A stretch of DNA of 64,000 nucleotides from Squalus acanthias (lineage: Eukaryota), in assembly GCA_030390025.1 (NCBI GenBank), contig CM059432.1:40488001-40552000 (forward strand). Direction: 5' to 3'. Positions 1-13,100 of this stretch are shown here, piece after piece. Each line of letters begins with the position of its first letter. Positions within the stretch are counted from its first letter, which is position 1. Both the position numbers and the translations under genes were made by a program. The notes under the pieces are model-generated. The model was given only the letters and a program-made list of their open reading frames with translations. It ran no database searches and was not told where the DNA came from.

Positions 1-990
1 TGTTCTAGTGATGCTGTTGGTATAGATATATGAGGACCTACAGCTCCTGGAGCTTAAAAGGTTCCATTTAGTGGTAGGAAATGAACCAGAATTTCCTATA
101 ATACTGTACAACTGATGCAATATTGGATAAAGCTGCAGCTTCAGTCGTGACAAGTTTAAGTCCCACTGCCCTCCCATTGTAACTATTTATTTTTGATTTT
201 TGTATGTCATAAAGGAGGCTATAGGGTTTCAGATTTCACAGAAAAACAAACTGAATTGGAAATGTGATCCCAAAACATCAACTGAAATACTGAAATCCAA
301 TGTGATAAAACAGAATGCAATTTATTCAATTGCCTTGAAGCAGTGTCCTTGGTCACAGGCCTTTATTGTGGGCTTGTTTGTTAGTAGTACATTGTATTAC
401 TCGGATGCTCGGGGCCAGTGATTCTTGATGTCCAGGTCTTATGCAGCCAGCAGCAACCCTAAAGTAAACTTGTCAGATTTGCTAAGCCTGAATACTGGGA
501 AGACACATTTTGTACTAGGTCTTCCCAGTAGCTGCCCTTAACGAATCTGAGGTTACTGTAGGCTATGCGACATCCGCATGTCAGGATCTGCGCCCTAGCC
601 TCCCACAAAGTGCAATATTAAAACAGCTTTAAGCAATGTGATCTGTACATGTCAGACACCGAGCTGACCAAAAATAAAAATTCACTCCAGTGAGTCCCTC
701 ACTTTTTTCAGTTGCAATATATCCTTTGTTTTTTAAAAAGCATTTATTTGGCATATAAAAACATATCAGGCTGTGAACGTTCAACATAAAGAATCTAATG
801 ATATTTGAATCATTCAGTAAAAATGTCTACAATCCTTGTGTTACCTCTGGGACCCGCACTGTGCCCCTACCCACCCAAGTCCATGAGCATGAATCACGTG
901 AGGAAGCTGGTTATCCAACATGCTTCAAAAAATTACATGAATGAGCCCAATGTAAATAGAAATACTTGGAGAACCGCGGCAATTTCTGAC

Positions 991-1118
991 CTTTCCATGC
1001 CATCCTGAATCCAGATCAGTTGCTGCTACCTGCACAACTGACATGCCGACTGCAGCACCTTCAGGGACCGTGGCCTCATATGTGGACGAGGTAAAGAAAG
1101 GAACATTGTCGTTCACAT
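991..1118 (-). CDS. Cadherin exon 13 (128 nt, phase 1-0)
   Basis: ttttcag|ATGTG ... AAG|gtcaga; [43 protein letters not shown]. Confidence 0.92.
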
Positions 1119-4100
1119 CTGAAAAATGGAACAACTAAAAAGATCAAAGTGTACTTCATCTTGAACCACAACAAAAGAAGGAACCTTGCACAGTTAAAGG
1201 GCCAATGTCATCATTAACATTGTTTGTTGCATTTTATTTTTATTTTTTTTAAACAGTTTTAAAAGAATCACCCAGCACAGACCACACAATGAGCTTAGAA
1301 ACATAATTTCAAACGAAAGTGCAGAATGAGGAAAGAACATTTTGCCAATCAAGCCTGCTTCTCCCATAGGTTCTGTACAATATGCCATATCGGAGACTCT
1401 ATCCCACTTATTTCCAATAAGTTTTTTCTCTATTTTCCTGGAAACTGGGAAAACAATATTGAAGTACCTCAGCAATAGAGGGGAACCTTCTAAGAGGCCA
1501 AGAATATGGGCAGATGCCCTGGGAAACAGCATCTAAATTTGGGATATCTCAAACATACCTGTCACGTTGACATAGATGGTGGTGAAGGAGGCTAATGGAA
1601 CTGCAGCCACATTCTGAGCCCTGACTCTAAGTGTGAAAAACTTTGTTCCCTCAAAATCCAGTGGTTCTGCCACTAAAATTGAGGCAGATCCATCAGCACG
1701 ATTGGGTTTCAGGTAGAATCGAACAGGCATGTTTGTTTCTGGAACCTGACCTTCTTCCAGGTTGTATGTAACTCTTGGATCCCCAAGAGGAGATGTTGCC
1801 TTGATAGTCTAAAAATCACAAAAGGTGAAAACTCAACATTAAACCCACTATAATCACTGATCAGAACAGTCTGCATTGAAAACAATTACATATCTCACTC
1901 TGAATAAAGTAAAATACATGCAACATCAACAGTGCTACACCTAATATGTTGGGGGGGGGGGGTGTTGTATGATATTTATATTTTCTTGCCATCCTTCCTA
2001 CAGGTTCCCGTGAGGCCAAGCACACTTTTTCTGTTGAGTTGGAAGACAGGTAGCTTGCTTCTAGTCCCTTTCAATGATACTCTGTAACCAACTGCTAGGA
2101 AGTTAACAAGAACAGTGTGCAGCCACTCATCTTCTGATGATCCCTTCCCTCTGGGCAAAAGCCTGATCTCTGCCTAGATTGTAATTGACGCATACAGTTA
2201 ACGAATATCACAAACTCAATCCCTGTTCTGTGCTGAGTTAGCTGGGGCAGAGGTTAAGATACTATGATTGGACTGAGCTCCCTTGGACTTGCGAAAGTTA
2301 TCTAGGGTTGTTGCTCCTCATCGTGACCTAGTGACCCGTGCTGGAAAGCATGCATGTTCTGGAGGTGTCAGGTGAGGACAGCAGCAGGCTTGGCTGTGGT
2401 GCCCTTGCTGGAGAATAGCCAACTAACACTCATTATCTAAGCTCACAAATGGAGAACAACCAGTTGGCCAAGGTAATGGAGAGCGGCCTGCACCTGGGAG
2501 ACTGCATCCCAATGCCAGTCAGTGCCTTCAGGGGAGGAGCAGAGAAAATTGAAAGGGGAAAACCCTGCAATCTAGAAGTTCCATATTTTTTTGAAAATTA
2601 AACTCATCGACCTTTGATGACATCCACAGACCCCAGCTGCAACTGTTTTAATTATGTTCACAATGAAAAATTACAGTCATTGCAAAAACATGAAAAATAT
2701 GGGAAGGCCATCAGCATATTAACAACTCGAGTCTAATTTTGCCTTGAATTAATAAATAATCTCTCAAGCTGTTCATCGTTTCCTCACGTTCCTCTTCACT
2801 TTTGGGAGTTTCATGCTGCACTCTGACCTTTACATATGCCATGAATGATTCATTTAAAATGCAGCCATGATATGGTCTAATTAGATTCATGAAGCACCCT
2901 AAGTACCTCATTAGTTTTAACAAGGAATATTTTAGATGTTTAAAAACTAATTTCTATGCAGATTGATGAGCCTGTGCTCCAATCACATAATTAGTAGATC
3001 ATTAAGACAATACAGTAATTGTAATTTTAAAATGCTGCTCAAATCGCTATTTAGTAAGATACACTTTGTACAGGTGAATCCTCCAGGGGTGTAATTATGA
3101 AAAGAAATAACATCATACCTTCTGAATTCTTGTAAAGTATTCCATAATCTGATTGCCTGTATATATGGAGGAGGAAGATTTTTCCACTACCCTATTTAAA
3201 TATACAGATGTTTTGTGCTTCAGTGTTCTGTGCCTCAGAGCAGAGGCATCCACATCCCCCGTAATTCCACAAGGATTTCCGATTTCCCAAAGTACTGGGA
3301 TATTCGGGATATGCAGTCCTCACAAAAAATGGAGGAGAAAGATCAGCGTCATCCCCAGGCAACTTAAAGGCGATTGGAAGCAAGTTGCCTGCTTACCTTC
3401 ACAGCCACAAAATAGTGTGCGGTCCATGAAGGGTAAGTGCAAAGTGGGAGAAATGATAACCTAATGTGAGGATGGAAAAAATAATTTTCAAATGTAGGCC
3501 TTAAAATAACCAGGTTAACACCTCAATTAAAAAAGATGGTTATCCAAGTGTTCATATGATAAAAATAATGGGGAGGCTAACAGTGCTCACTGTTACTAAA
3601 GAGTAACTCAGAAAGCAACTTCGGTGACCGCATGTGTGGAGTTAAACGTGGAAATCAGAAGGTGCTGTCTGAGTTGCCCAGCTCCTCCAGACGTTTATAC
3701 TCGCCCAGAGACTCACCATTGAAACACATGGAACGCGTGAAGTTGCTGTACTTACCCACTCGATACCCACTAAACTCGCCAGAAAAGGTTAAGACTTGTC
3801 CATTCTAGTGTAAGTGGATTTTTAACAGTGTGATAAGTCTTAATTACTGCCAAGCAATCTCTGTGGCACTGAAAATTAACTTTTACAAGTGTGGAGTCTC
3901 ATTCCTTTAGATTTTAATTATTGTTGGCGATTTAAAAAAAGAAAAAAAATTAAATAAAAATTATTTTATTTTACTTTTTCTCTCTGTCTCTTTTATCTCT
4001 CTTAATCCCATCTTTCTTTCCCTCTCTTTATTTCACTTTCTGTATATGATTTGGCATTGAATTCAATATTCTAACTTACACTTCTTGGTTCGGACTCTGC

Positions 4101-7100
4101 ACTGCTTATTAAGAATTCTTCAATCTGATTGGTTAAGGAGATACACAGTTGCTTGCCTGTTCACATAGGTCCCAGATCTCCTGTAGAGGGCGCCACAATG
4201 AAATAGATTTCTAATTACCACAAGTTCCAGTGCAAAAGCCCAAAGTCTGTGGGCTAGTGTAAGTGTAATGAACAGCTGGTGCCGTTCATTCACCACTGAC
4301 CGCAAAATCTTGGCAAATATTTATACAAAGTAATTTCAAGGCCGAAAGGTCTGAAAGTACAAGGAAAAAGAGTGTTTGAGTAGAAATTCCCAATATTTGA
4401 ATTTATTCAATAAGTGGAAGTAAACTCCTATAATCCCGTGAGAATTCATTGTACACACAGCTAAATTCCACCAGGGTATTTGGGCAAACAGCTCCCAAAG
4501 TCAGAACAGACAAGGGGGGTAAATTTTGACTTTGCGCGATAGTGCAAAACGGAAATAAACTTCCATCGACATCAATGGAAATAAAAATCAGGAGAGATGT
4601 AAAACGGGCTGCCGATATGCTATCACCCGTTTTACACTACTGGACAAAGTGAAAATTACCCCCAATGAAATATGGGACAGAAAAAAAGTGGAAAATACAT
4701 TAATGCAAATGGTTTTCCAATCAGCATTCCCACTGGGATTTTTAAAAGCTTATGTTCTGGCACTTAAGTCAGGGCATGAACCTGCAGTTATTTCTCTTTT
4801 CTCTGCTCCTCTTGTCTTTTTTCAGGGAATGTGATAGCTTTTATATTCATGTAGTTTGGTGATTGAAGTACTCATCTGCTTTTTATAGCTGCAGGGCGCT
4901 GCTAGAATTTGGATGCTAACATTTTTTATTGTCTTTTTTCCCCCACTGAGTTACATTATTTGATTGCAGGAATTTATTATTCTTAATGCATTTTATTTCA
5001 AAACTCAATAAAATGTTAATCAAGCTCTCCAAATAACTCAGTTAGAAGAATATTCAGCCAAAGTCCCCACTCCTTCTTACTATCAAGTGTCTTCTGCTGG
5101 AAAGTGCACTTGTGTGAGGGTTGGATAAGGATAAGGTTGGGATTGGCTAGGATGTTCCTTCATGGTCAAATAGCCTGCTGACAATCTTGGTTCACAGATG
5201 AAGAATGGTCACTTGCAAGAGATATTGCAGGGTGCGTGGCAACTGCGAAACAGGAGCACAGCTGGTTCAGCACTTTCAAAAATGTGCGTTTTTTTTTTGT
5301 TCCTCTAGTTTCAAGGCTGGTAACAATTTGCAACCAAATTGCTTCAATGCAGACAAACCTACATGGGAAAACCGCTTTTGTAAATTACAGAATAGGCAAA
5401 AGTCAAATCAGAAACATAGCCATAGATTCTCAGCTGTAATTCTGGAGATTAATTTCTGGACAAAAAAAATTCGATACAAACAGTGTGATTTAAACTGAAC
5501 AGCAAAAATAAAGAGGAAAACACTAAACGGGAAGGTTTGCTGGAACACCAAAAAGTACAGATTGAGGATTGCACCTAGAATTTCGAAGTTAAGAACCGTT
5601 TGATCCTTTGTCAAAAAGTCTAACTTCAGGTTACAACCCAAGGGGAATCGGAAATGAGAAATTTGCTTTCCCAAATCAAGTCCAATCTCACAGAACATTC
5701 AAGATTTAGAAGATTTTAAAAGATTTTTTGAGCAACCTGAGTGGCGGCCCAAGATCCACCGTGCAGGATGCCAACAAGGGTTGAAAAGAATGGGAGAGAA
5801 GACAGGGTAAACCATGTCGTGCTGAGGTGAAGCCAAACTTAGGTTTTAAATGTCCGAAATTTGTAGAAGGAAGGATAGAAAAGGAGGCAGAGTTCCACAG
5901 TTCTGAGGTCCAGAGAAAGGATAAGTTAAGGTAGGAGAAAGTGTACTGAATCTTGATTTCAACAGTGAGAATACAGAAAGGAGCAAGAGTGTGTACGATA
6001 ATGTATTTTCAGCTTAGAATGAATAATTGAGGGATGTTCAAAACCATAATACTGATAAAATAGAGAAAGACAAGAAAGTAGTGGCGGAAATGGACTGATT
6101 ACAGGGTTAAATGTGATAGAAAGATCTCCTCATCGTAATACCACAAATCTGAAACTCACATGTACCCTTACGTTCCCTTTCCCTGGATTCCTGGAGAGGA
6201 ATGTTGTCTCTGTCAATGCTGTTTTTCAGCCAGCCACTAGAGGATATGTTAACACAGTCTAGGGTGAGTTTGATTCTCATTCACGCCATGTGAAGAATGT
6301 TTGCCTTCCATTTTACATTTGCACTGGTTGCAGGTGTTGAGGAGAGGCCAGGAATATTCCCAAAGGAGGATAGCATTTTTTGAAAAGGTTGTCATCCCAG
6401 GTCACCCTTACATAACACAGTGTGACCAAAGACCGAATAACATTAGCAGATGAAGAGGAATATGTCTGCCTTCTTGGCAAAGTGCTTCATTCATGGCCTG
6501 GGAAGACTTGGAAGAGGAGGAGGAAAAGCAAAATAGAAACTGTTATCTATATAAACAGATGTCTTAACTAGTTAAACAATGAGTAGATAAGCCATAGAGA
6601 CCAGGAAGAGCCCAGATTTGATTCCTGGGCTGTATTGGTCTCAACCAAGGCAGAAATTGGAGCATTACAATTGGCCTCAGCCCTCTGGGCTAGGGAGTGG
6701 AAAATCTCCTAGATTTCCTATTCCTGGCTGCTATCCTCAGCTGAAAGGATATGGGCATTGGCTGAGATGAGGATCAGCCTCAATTGTGGTGTCTGTCGCT
6801 TTAGTTGAATAGCCTGCTAATCCTCACTGTGAAGGTTGACACATGAAGAATTGCCATTTGGGCAAGGTACTGACAGGCAAACAGTGCACGTGGAACTATA
6901 CGCCAGAGGAAAGGAGGAGCAAAAACTGGTAGAAGCGAACAACAACTTGCATTTATATAGCGTCTTTAACGTAGTAAAAAGTCCCTAGGCCTTTCACAGG
7001 AGCGATTATCAAACAAAATTGGACGCCGAGCCACAAAAGGCGATATTAGGATGCATGAACAAAAGCTTGGTCAAAGAGGTAGGTTTTAAGGAGCGACTTA

Positions 7101-10100
7101 AAGGAGGACTTAAAGGTAGCGAGGCAGAGAGGTTTAGGGAGGGAATTCCAGAGTAGGCAGCTGAAGGCACGGCCACCAATGGAGATGCGAAGAAAATCGG
7201 GGATGCGCAAAAGGCCAGAATTGGAGGAGCGCAGAGATCTCAAAAGGCTTGTAGGGCTGGAGGAGGTTACAGAGATAGGGAGGGGCGAGGTCATGGAGAG
7301 ATTTGTAAACAAGAATGAGAATTTTAAAATTAAGCTGTTGCCAGATCAGGAGCCAATGTAGGTCAGCGAGCACAGCAATGATGGTTGAACTGGACTTGGT
7401 GCGAGTTTGGATATGGGAAGCAGAGTTGTGGATAATCTCAAGTTTAGAGAGGGTGCAAGGTGGAAGGCTGGCCAGCATTGGAATAGTCAAGTCTAGAGGT
7501 AACAAAGGCATGGATGAGGGTTTCAGCAGAAGAATTGAGGCAGGGGTGGAGACGGACGATGTTACGGAGGTGGAAGTAGGGGTTCTTGGTAATGGAGAGG
7601 ATATAGGGTTGGAAGCTCAGCTCAGGGTCAAACAGGACAGCAACATTGTGAACAGTTCGGCTCAGCCCCAGACAGTGGCCAGGGAGAGTGACGGAGTCGG
7701 TGGCTAGGGAACTGAGTTTGTGGCGGGGGCCAAAGACAATGGTTCCAGTCAACCCAATATTTAACTGGAGCAAATTTCTGCTCATCCAATGAAAGATGTT
7801 TATTAGATTTGTCCTCTATTATTCCCTCAAGATGATCTTGTTAGAATTAGACCAAAATTCCAACAAGATCATTTTTTCATATCATAGAGGGCAACAGCTG
7901 AGCAATACATACCAGGAGGAATCAGGGTTTGATCCCAGGTCTGTGTTGATCTCAGCCAGGGCAGAATTTGGAGTGTTAATTAATATAATTTAACTTGAAT
8001 GTAACTTGTTTTTTATTAAAATTTAAAGTGTATCGCATTTTAGTACTGAGATTATTTTTCTAAAATCCTCAGAAACCAATTCTTGGAAGTCTCATTAAGC
8101 TATATAATTTGACATGTATTACATACCACAATCCTCAAGTCTCGAGTAGTGTTCTCTGGGATTGTTATTCGATATTCTTCTTGCTCCCACTGGGGTGGTT
8201 GGTTATGTATATTAGTGATGGTAACTGTTAGTTCTACGCTGCTGCTTCGATTGCCTCCGTCAGTTGCTATAATTTGACGACTGATATGAGCGATCTAGAA
8301 CACAGACATATCAAGAACTGACAACGATTTGATCAAATCAGAGATTTCTTTTTATTTAGTTTGGGAAATGTAATCAGGTCCCCAAACATGTCAATAAATT
8401 ATATATATTATGGGCAGGCCTGAAGGCATCTTCTGATTGACAGGAGTAGTTGTAAAATCCTTGGCAGAGACACAATTTCACTCATCCATTTACATTTTAT
8501 TTAGCTATTGCTGTGTAATCAGCAGAAAAACATTAGCAACAAAAATGCATTCAAAAGTGTAAAATGGAGCTCCATTGCCCCATAAATTGAAAATGTAATA
8601 AAAATAAAATGAATAACCCACATTGATAACAATTCTGAAAACAACTGATTTTATTCCCTTTTATTGTGAAGACATTGTAAAGTGACTGTATTGTTAAAAA
8701 AAAGTTGTAATAATTACTTAAAATTAAAGTCCAAGCACTAAGCTGAACATTGTACTATGTTGCAGATATCCAGCTTGTAATATAGGCCTAGACATTGCTC
8801 AGGTTGTGGAGTCTGCACGGTCAATGAGAGGGCACCTCTTTGGCACAGGTCAGGCAGGAGCAAGTGCCACTTTGGTTACATCTCTGGTGGCCACCTGCCC
8901 AATGTAGCCGAAAACTCTGACCTTGTTCCACCCTTATGGAGAGAAGTGGTTGCTCAGGCACCCGCTCACCCCCAACGTCGGCAATAGCCCTTTTGGTGCC
9001 TTCAGCAAAGAGGTCAATCTGGGTGCATTTTTATTTAAACATTTTTTTTTAATTCTTCTGGGTCCAGGCCACTTTCCTGGTTTGGACTCCATTGATGGGG
9101 CACACGTGCGCCCTTGTGGAGGTCAGCATGCCTCACTGACTGGTCATAACTACCAACAGTGCAATGCTGGGTCCTGGAGTCCTCAACCTTGGCCCTGCCC
9201 CCAGCCCGTTATTTGCCTTGTGAGGGGCAGACAGAAGTTCCATCTTTTACAAGACACGGGAAATTCCCAGAACCAGTGGAGACCCCCTTCATTATTCCCC
9301 TGGGGGTTCACCAGTCTCCTGCCCTAGAATGACGGAAACCTCACAAACCATGCACCTAGCTGGTAGGCCCTACCCGATATTGGGTCTCTGGGGAGCGCCC
9401 AGGAGGCAATCAGGGGGAGGGAGGTGGGTGAGCAGTATAATGTCCTGCTTCTCCCAGCTCCACAAGTAAAAAAAGTTAAAATTTACCTTTCCGGTGGCAG
9501 CCTCCAATGGTCCCATTAAAGACTTGAAGAATCTGACCGCATTATGCAGAGCGCATATCATGTGCAATCAAATTTTGCAAAGGGAACCTCACACAGGCAT
9601 TAGGCCCCCTATTTTTAAGCACATGCCCAGGAGGAGCCCTAACCAACATGGACCCTTAGATGCCCATTTTACGCATGTAAAATGAGTGCAACGCAAACTA
9701 ATTTTGAGGCCAATATATTTAGAATTCATAGTATCCTTTCTAAAGTGCAAATGCAAGAAATAAACACAGTCAGCTATGGACTTTTCAAATTATGTGTTAA
9801 ATTTAGACTAGTTCAGGGCTGTGCAGTTATGCATTTGGGACTGTATTAGAACTGGCAGGACTTTGAAGATGTTCTGTCTGATTCCACTATTAACACTACA
9901 GGTCTTATACCCTTACCTGAGAAATGGGATGGTTGACATAAATCCAGCCTGTACTGGGACTGATCTGGAAGTACTCTGGCTGCTGCCGTGATATAGAGTA
10001 AGTGATGACTGCATTGATTCCATGGTCATCATCATGAGCTGCTGCTCGCAGGAAACTCGTGCCAACTGGTGTGTCTTCACGCAAATAGTCTAAGTACAGA

Positions 10101-13100
10101 AGAAAATGATTTCATCCAACTTATTTGTTTGCTGACGTTTTAAAATTGTATTTAAACTTGATCGCTCCTCCTCGTCTCACTTATAATTACATCCTTAGGT
10201 TATATTCATTTCAACACAGACGCCCTAGTGAAGTGTAGTGATAAGACGGCGAGTTATGGCTGCAGTGAGCTGCGTGATGGATTTGTACCTGACGCGAGAG
10301 TGCCGGATTTCTGCAAAGCTGCCAAGGCACCAAGTGGAAGCCAAGTAATTCCCCACAGGGAAGGTGGAAAAATTGGAGGAAAAGGCCACTCTCCTAACCT
10401 CTGGGCAGTCAGTTCAGAAGAGGACTACTAGAGGACCAAGAGTAGGTGCATCTCCCAGCATCGAACCGAAACACACAGACCAGGGATGTCCTTTGTTCAA
10501 TCCCAAGCTGGTGCTGATCTCAGCTGGAGCAGCAGTTGGGATGCAACAATTTAGCTCAGTATCACTGACCCACAGAGAGGAAACACGCACACGTGAAGAA
10601 TAGTCACCTGGGGAAGATGCTGGAGGGGACAGTACATGTAGACCCATAGCCCGGCATGAGTCAGCTCCTTCAGTACAGGAGGGGAGGGGGGGAAAAGCAT
10701 TGTCCATTGAGAAATGACAGCACACTTGCCAATAACGTGCCTCTTTTGGAATTTTTAAAATTATTGAAGTCACGCAATATTTACTTCACTGCATAAACAG
10801 AAGAGACAGCATGAAAAGGCTGTTTTGTTTTCAGATCCTGAATTAATTTTGCCAAAGTGTGAGTCATAGGGGATAAGAATTAGAGGTTGTTCACTTGCTA
10901 GGAAAATGTGGACCAGGGGATAGGAAATTACAGTACCATAACACTGGTTATTGCACAGAAGTTCAACATCACTATAACATCAAAGGAATCAGATTAAACA
11001 TCACAGAGCCATTTATCGGTGGGTAGCATCCAGTGTTTGATCCTTACATTGGTAACGACTGTTCTCAAATTTTGGATCATTGTCATTTTCATCAGCTACG
11101 AGTATGATCATCTGACAAATGCCGATTAGTGGCTCCTGAGCCTGGTCCGTTGCTGTCACTGACACAGTGTATTCTCGCTGATTCTCTCTATCAAAACTCT
11201 GGGTTGTGGTAATAGATCCTACAAAGGAATTTAAAAAAAATTAACCTAGCAACCAAGCATTTTGTGAATTGTTCTACTCCTTATTCAAATTAAATCTTTA
11301 ACCTGCGAGTCCCAATTATTTGAACTCACAGTTACTCAAAGCAACTATTTGTCTTCTTAGTGGGCTGGATGGAGCTACTTTACTGCACTATATTCTTGCG
11401 AGAAAGAGTGCATTTAGATAACAGAAGCTCCTGATTGAAAACAAGCAGCACAAGTTGATGATGGACTGTAACCCTCATACGATCTTTTCAACAGTTGAAG
11501 AATTTAGACAGTATAATGATCAAAGTGTTTTAACTCCAGAGTTGACTCTCACTACTAACAAGGTGGCAGGCTAGGAGAATGCTACCATTGTGGATGGACA
11601 TGTTGGCATAGAAGTTGGTTTGCATTGTGCCCATTTCTTTAGGTGTAAAACAGATGCAAGTCACACCAATTTATCAATGGGATGGCTGCGCTCAATCTGC
11701 ACAGGCGTTGGGTCCATGGCTAAGTTTGTCAGGCTAATTTTTAAGATTTCCCAGCAGCCTCCTAAAACAGGTGTTAGATCCCTTGAATATGTTAATTAGG
11801 AATATGTTAAGTCCGTTGAAGGACCCCTCTGCAAAATTTGTTCCTGGTGAGTGGGACAGGCGTCGGGCTTGCCCCACTCAGGATTCTTCAGCAGCCCACC
11901 ACTAAAGCGAAGTTATTTTACATTTTTATAGAAAAACCTTTATGTGGAGCCACAAGGAGCAAGACTGCTCTCCCTGACTCCACAATCATTGCGATGAAAA
12001 ACTACCCAGTTATCCTTTATTTGTTTACCGTTCTCTCAAAAGATACCCTGACAACAGTAACTTTCATCATAAAATCATAGAAACTTACAGCACAGAAGGA
12101 GGCCATTTGGCCCGTCATGCCTGTGCTGGCTCTTTGAAAGAGCAGTCATACTTAGTCCCACATCCCCGCTTTTTGTCCGTAACCCTGTAAGTTCCTCATA
12201 CTCAAGTACCTGTCCAACTCCCTTTTAAAATTATTTATGAATCAGCTTCCACCACCTTTTCAGGTACAACGTTCCAGATCCCGACATCGGAGTGAAAAGA
12301 TTTCCCCCCATCTCCCCTCTAGATCTTTAGCCAATGATTTTGAATCTATGACCTTAGTTATTCACCCACTCTAAAGCAGAAACTAAGATGTATTAACTCT
12401 ACCTTGTGTAAATAAGTTGATTGGGTCACAATAAGAGAATGTTGTACTTTTTAACCTTTTTAGTGTGCATCTCTTCTTTTCTTACCTTCTCTCTTCATGG
12501 AACTCCAATCAGAAAAATGCAACCAGAACTGCAGATGCAGCAATCCGGATAGGAAATGTATAGGACAAGCTACATCCTCTCAGCTTCTATGATCATCATA
12601 TTTAACCTGCCTGATTGTAATAGAGCCACCTGGTGGACGACTGATGTATATAATAATAAAGCCATATGCAGTACAGTTCTTACCAGAAGCCATGTTATGC
12701 TGTTGTATATATATGCTGTGTCTCAAGATATCACAGAACTGGCGATGAGGATGCGATTGCGGATTCCCTAGCTGAAATTTTTGCTGGAGGATAATCCTGC
12801 CAACTGACAGAGGGACTGTTAGAGGTTCTTCGTTTTGCAGAAAAACTTTAAAATCCGAGGTAAATTTCGAGCACACGTGGCTGAACTGTCGACGTTGCCA
12901 GAGTCCAGATGGCCACGCCTATGAGAATAATAGGGTGTTTGGGTGAGTTCCATCACGATCGAGAGACTTTCGGAGCGTATGTGGAGGGGCTAGAAATGTT
13001 TTTCACCGCGAATAGTATCGTCGAAGTCCCCGATGATGTAAACCGTAACCGGGCGGTTTTAGAAATGAAACGGGTTATTTTTTTGACTGAAGCAGGCCCC

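Noticed and set aside
1..111. Minus-strand open frame LYSIIGNSGSF... as a possible next cadherin exon
   Set aside because: Weak polypyrimidine tract and no cadherin motifs (TG.I, LDRE) follow; cannot be supported.
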